From contig NC_086111.1 of assembly GCF_963921235.1 (NCBI RefSeq), forward strand, positions 57,040,001 through 57,104,000: DNA of 64,000 nt, read 5' to 3'. The DNA comes from Mobula hypostoma. Its lineage: Eukaryota. Numbering within the stretch: position 1 is the stretch's first letter; each line of letters begins with the position of its first letter. The notes under the pieces were generated by a model. That model saw only the letters and a program-made list of their open reading frames with translations. It was not told the DNA's origin and did not search any database. The position numbers and the translations under genes were made by a program. This document shows, in pieces, positions 63,765 through 64,000 of the stretch.

Positions 63765-63943
63765 GAAAATCTGCAGATGTTGGGAATCCAAAGCAACACA
63801 CACAAAATGCTGGAGAAACTCAGCAGGCCAGGCAGCATCCATGGAAAAGAGTAAACAGTCGACGTTTTGGGCCGAGATTTGATGAAGGGTCTCGGCTCAA
63901 AACATCAACTGTTTACTGTTTTCCACAGATGCTGCCTGGCCTG
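63765..63943. mobile_element. Hairpin-shaped Penelope pLTR derivative
   Basis: 63824-63877 pairs with 63890-63943 around a 12-nt loop; the fold-back point lies inside the hammerhead motif. Confidence 0.85.
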
Positions 63944-64000
63944 TCGTGTTCCGCCCCGTGTGAGGCTCGAAGTGGTAGGCCTTGCCACAGGGGCATTCTG

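Overview
Eukaryotic, AT-rich, non-coding DNA. The repeat repertoire (CR1, V-SINE, Penelope pLTRs, RTE, Rex/Babar) points to a cartilaginous fish, probably a ray (inference). No intact host gene is recognisable. The window is a layered transposon landscape: many CR1 3' fragments, three RTE LINE copies, an L1/Tx1-type 3' end, Gypsy elements (a deleted short-LTR provirus, a solo LTR, decayed remnants), a hAT transposase fossil hosting a mariner MITE, two 80-bp hAT MITEs and a Harbinger transposase fossil. The ends are TE-poor and may be conserved non-coding sequence. The most notable structure is a young Penelope-like (GIY-YIG) insertion at 26789-28729. It is a 671-bp near-perfect fold-back that also duplicates about 170 bp of unique-looking flank, and each arm carries a minimal hammerhead ribozyme motif. 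About ten more pLTR-derived short elements, most with a decayed copy of the motif and several hairpin-shaped, are scattered across the window. Family calls and boundaries were made by eye. Those marked by TSDs, TIRs or LTRs are precise; the rest are approximate.
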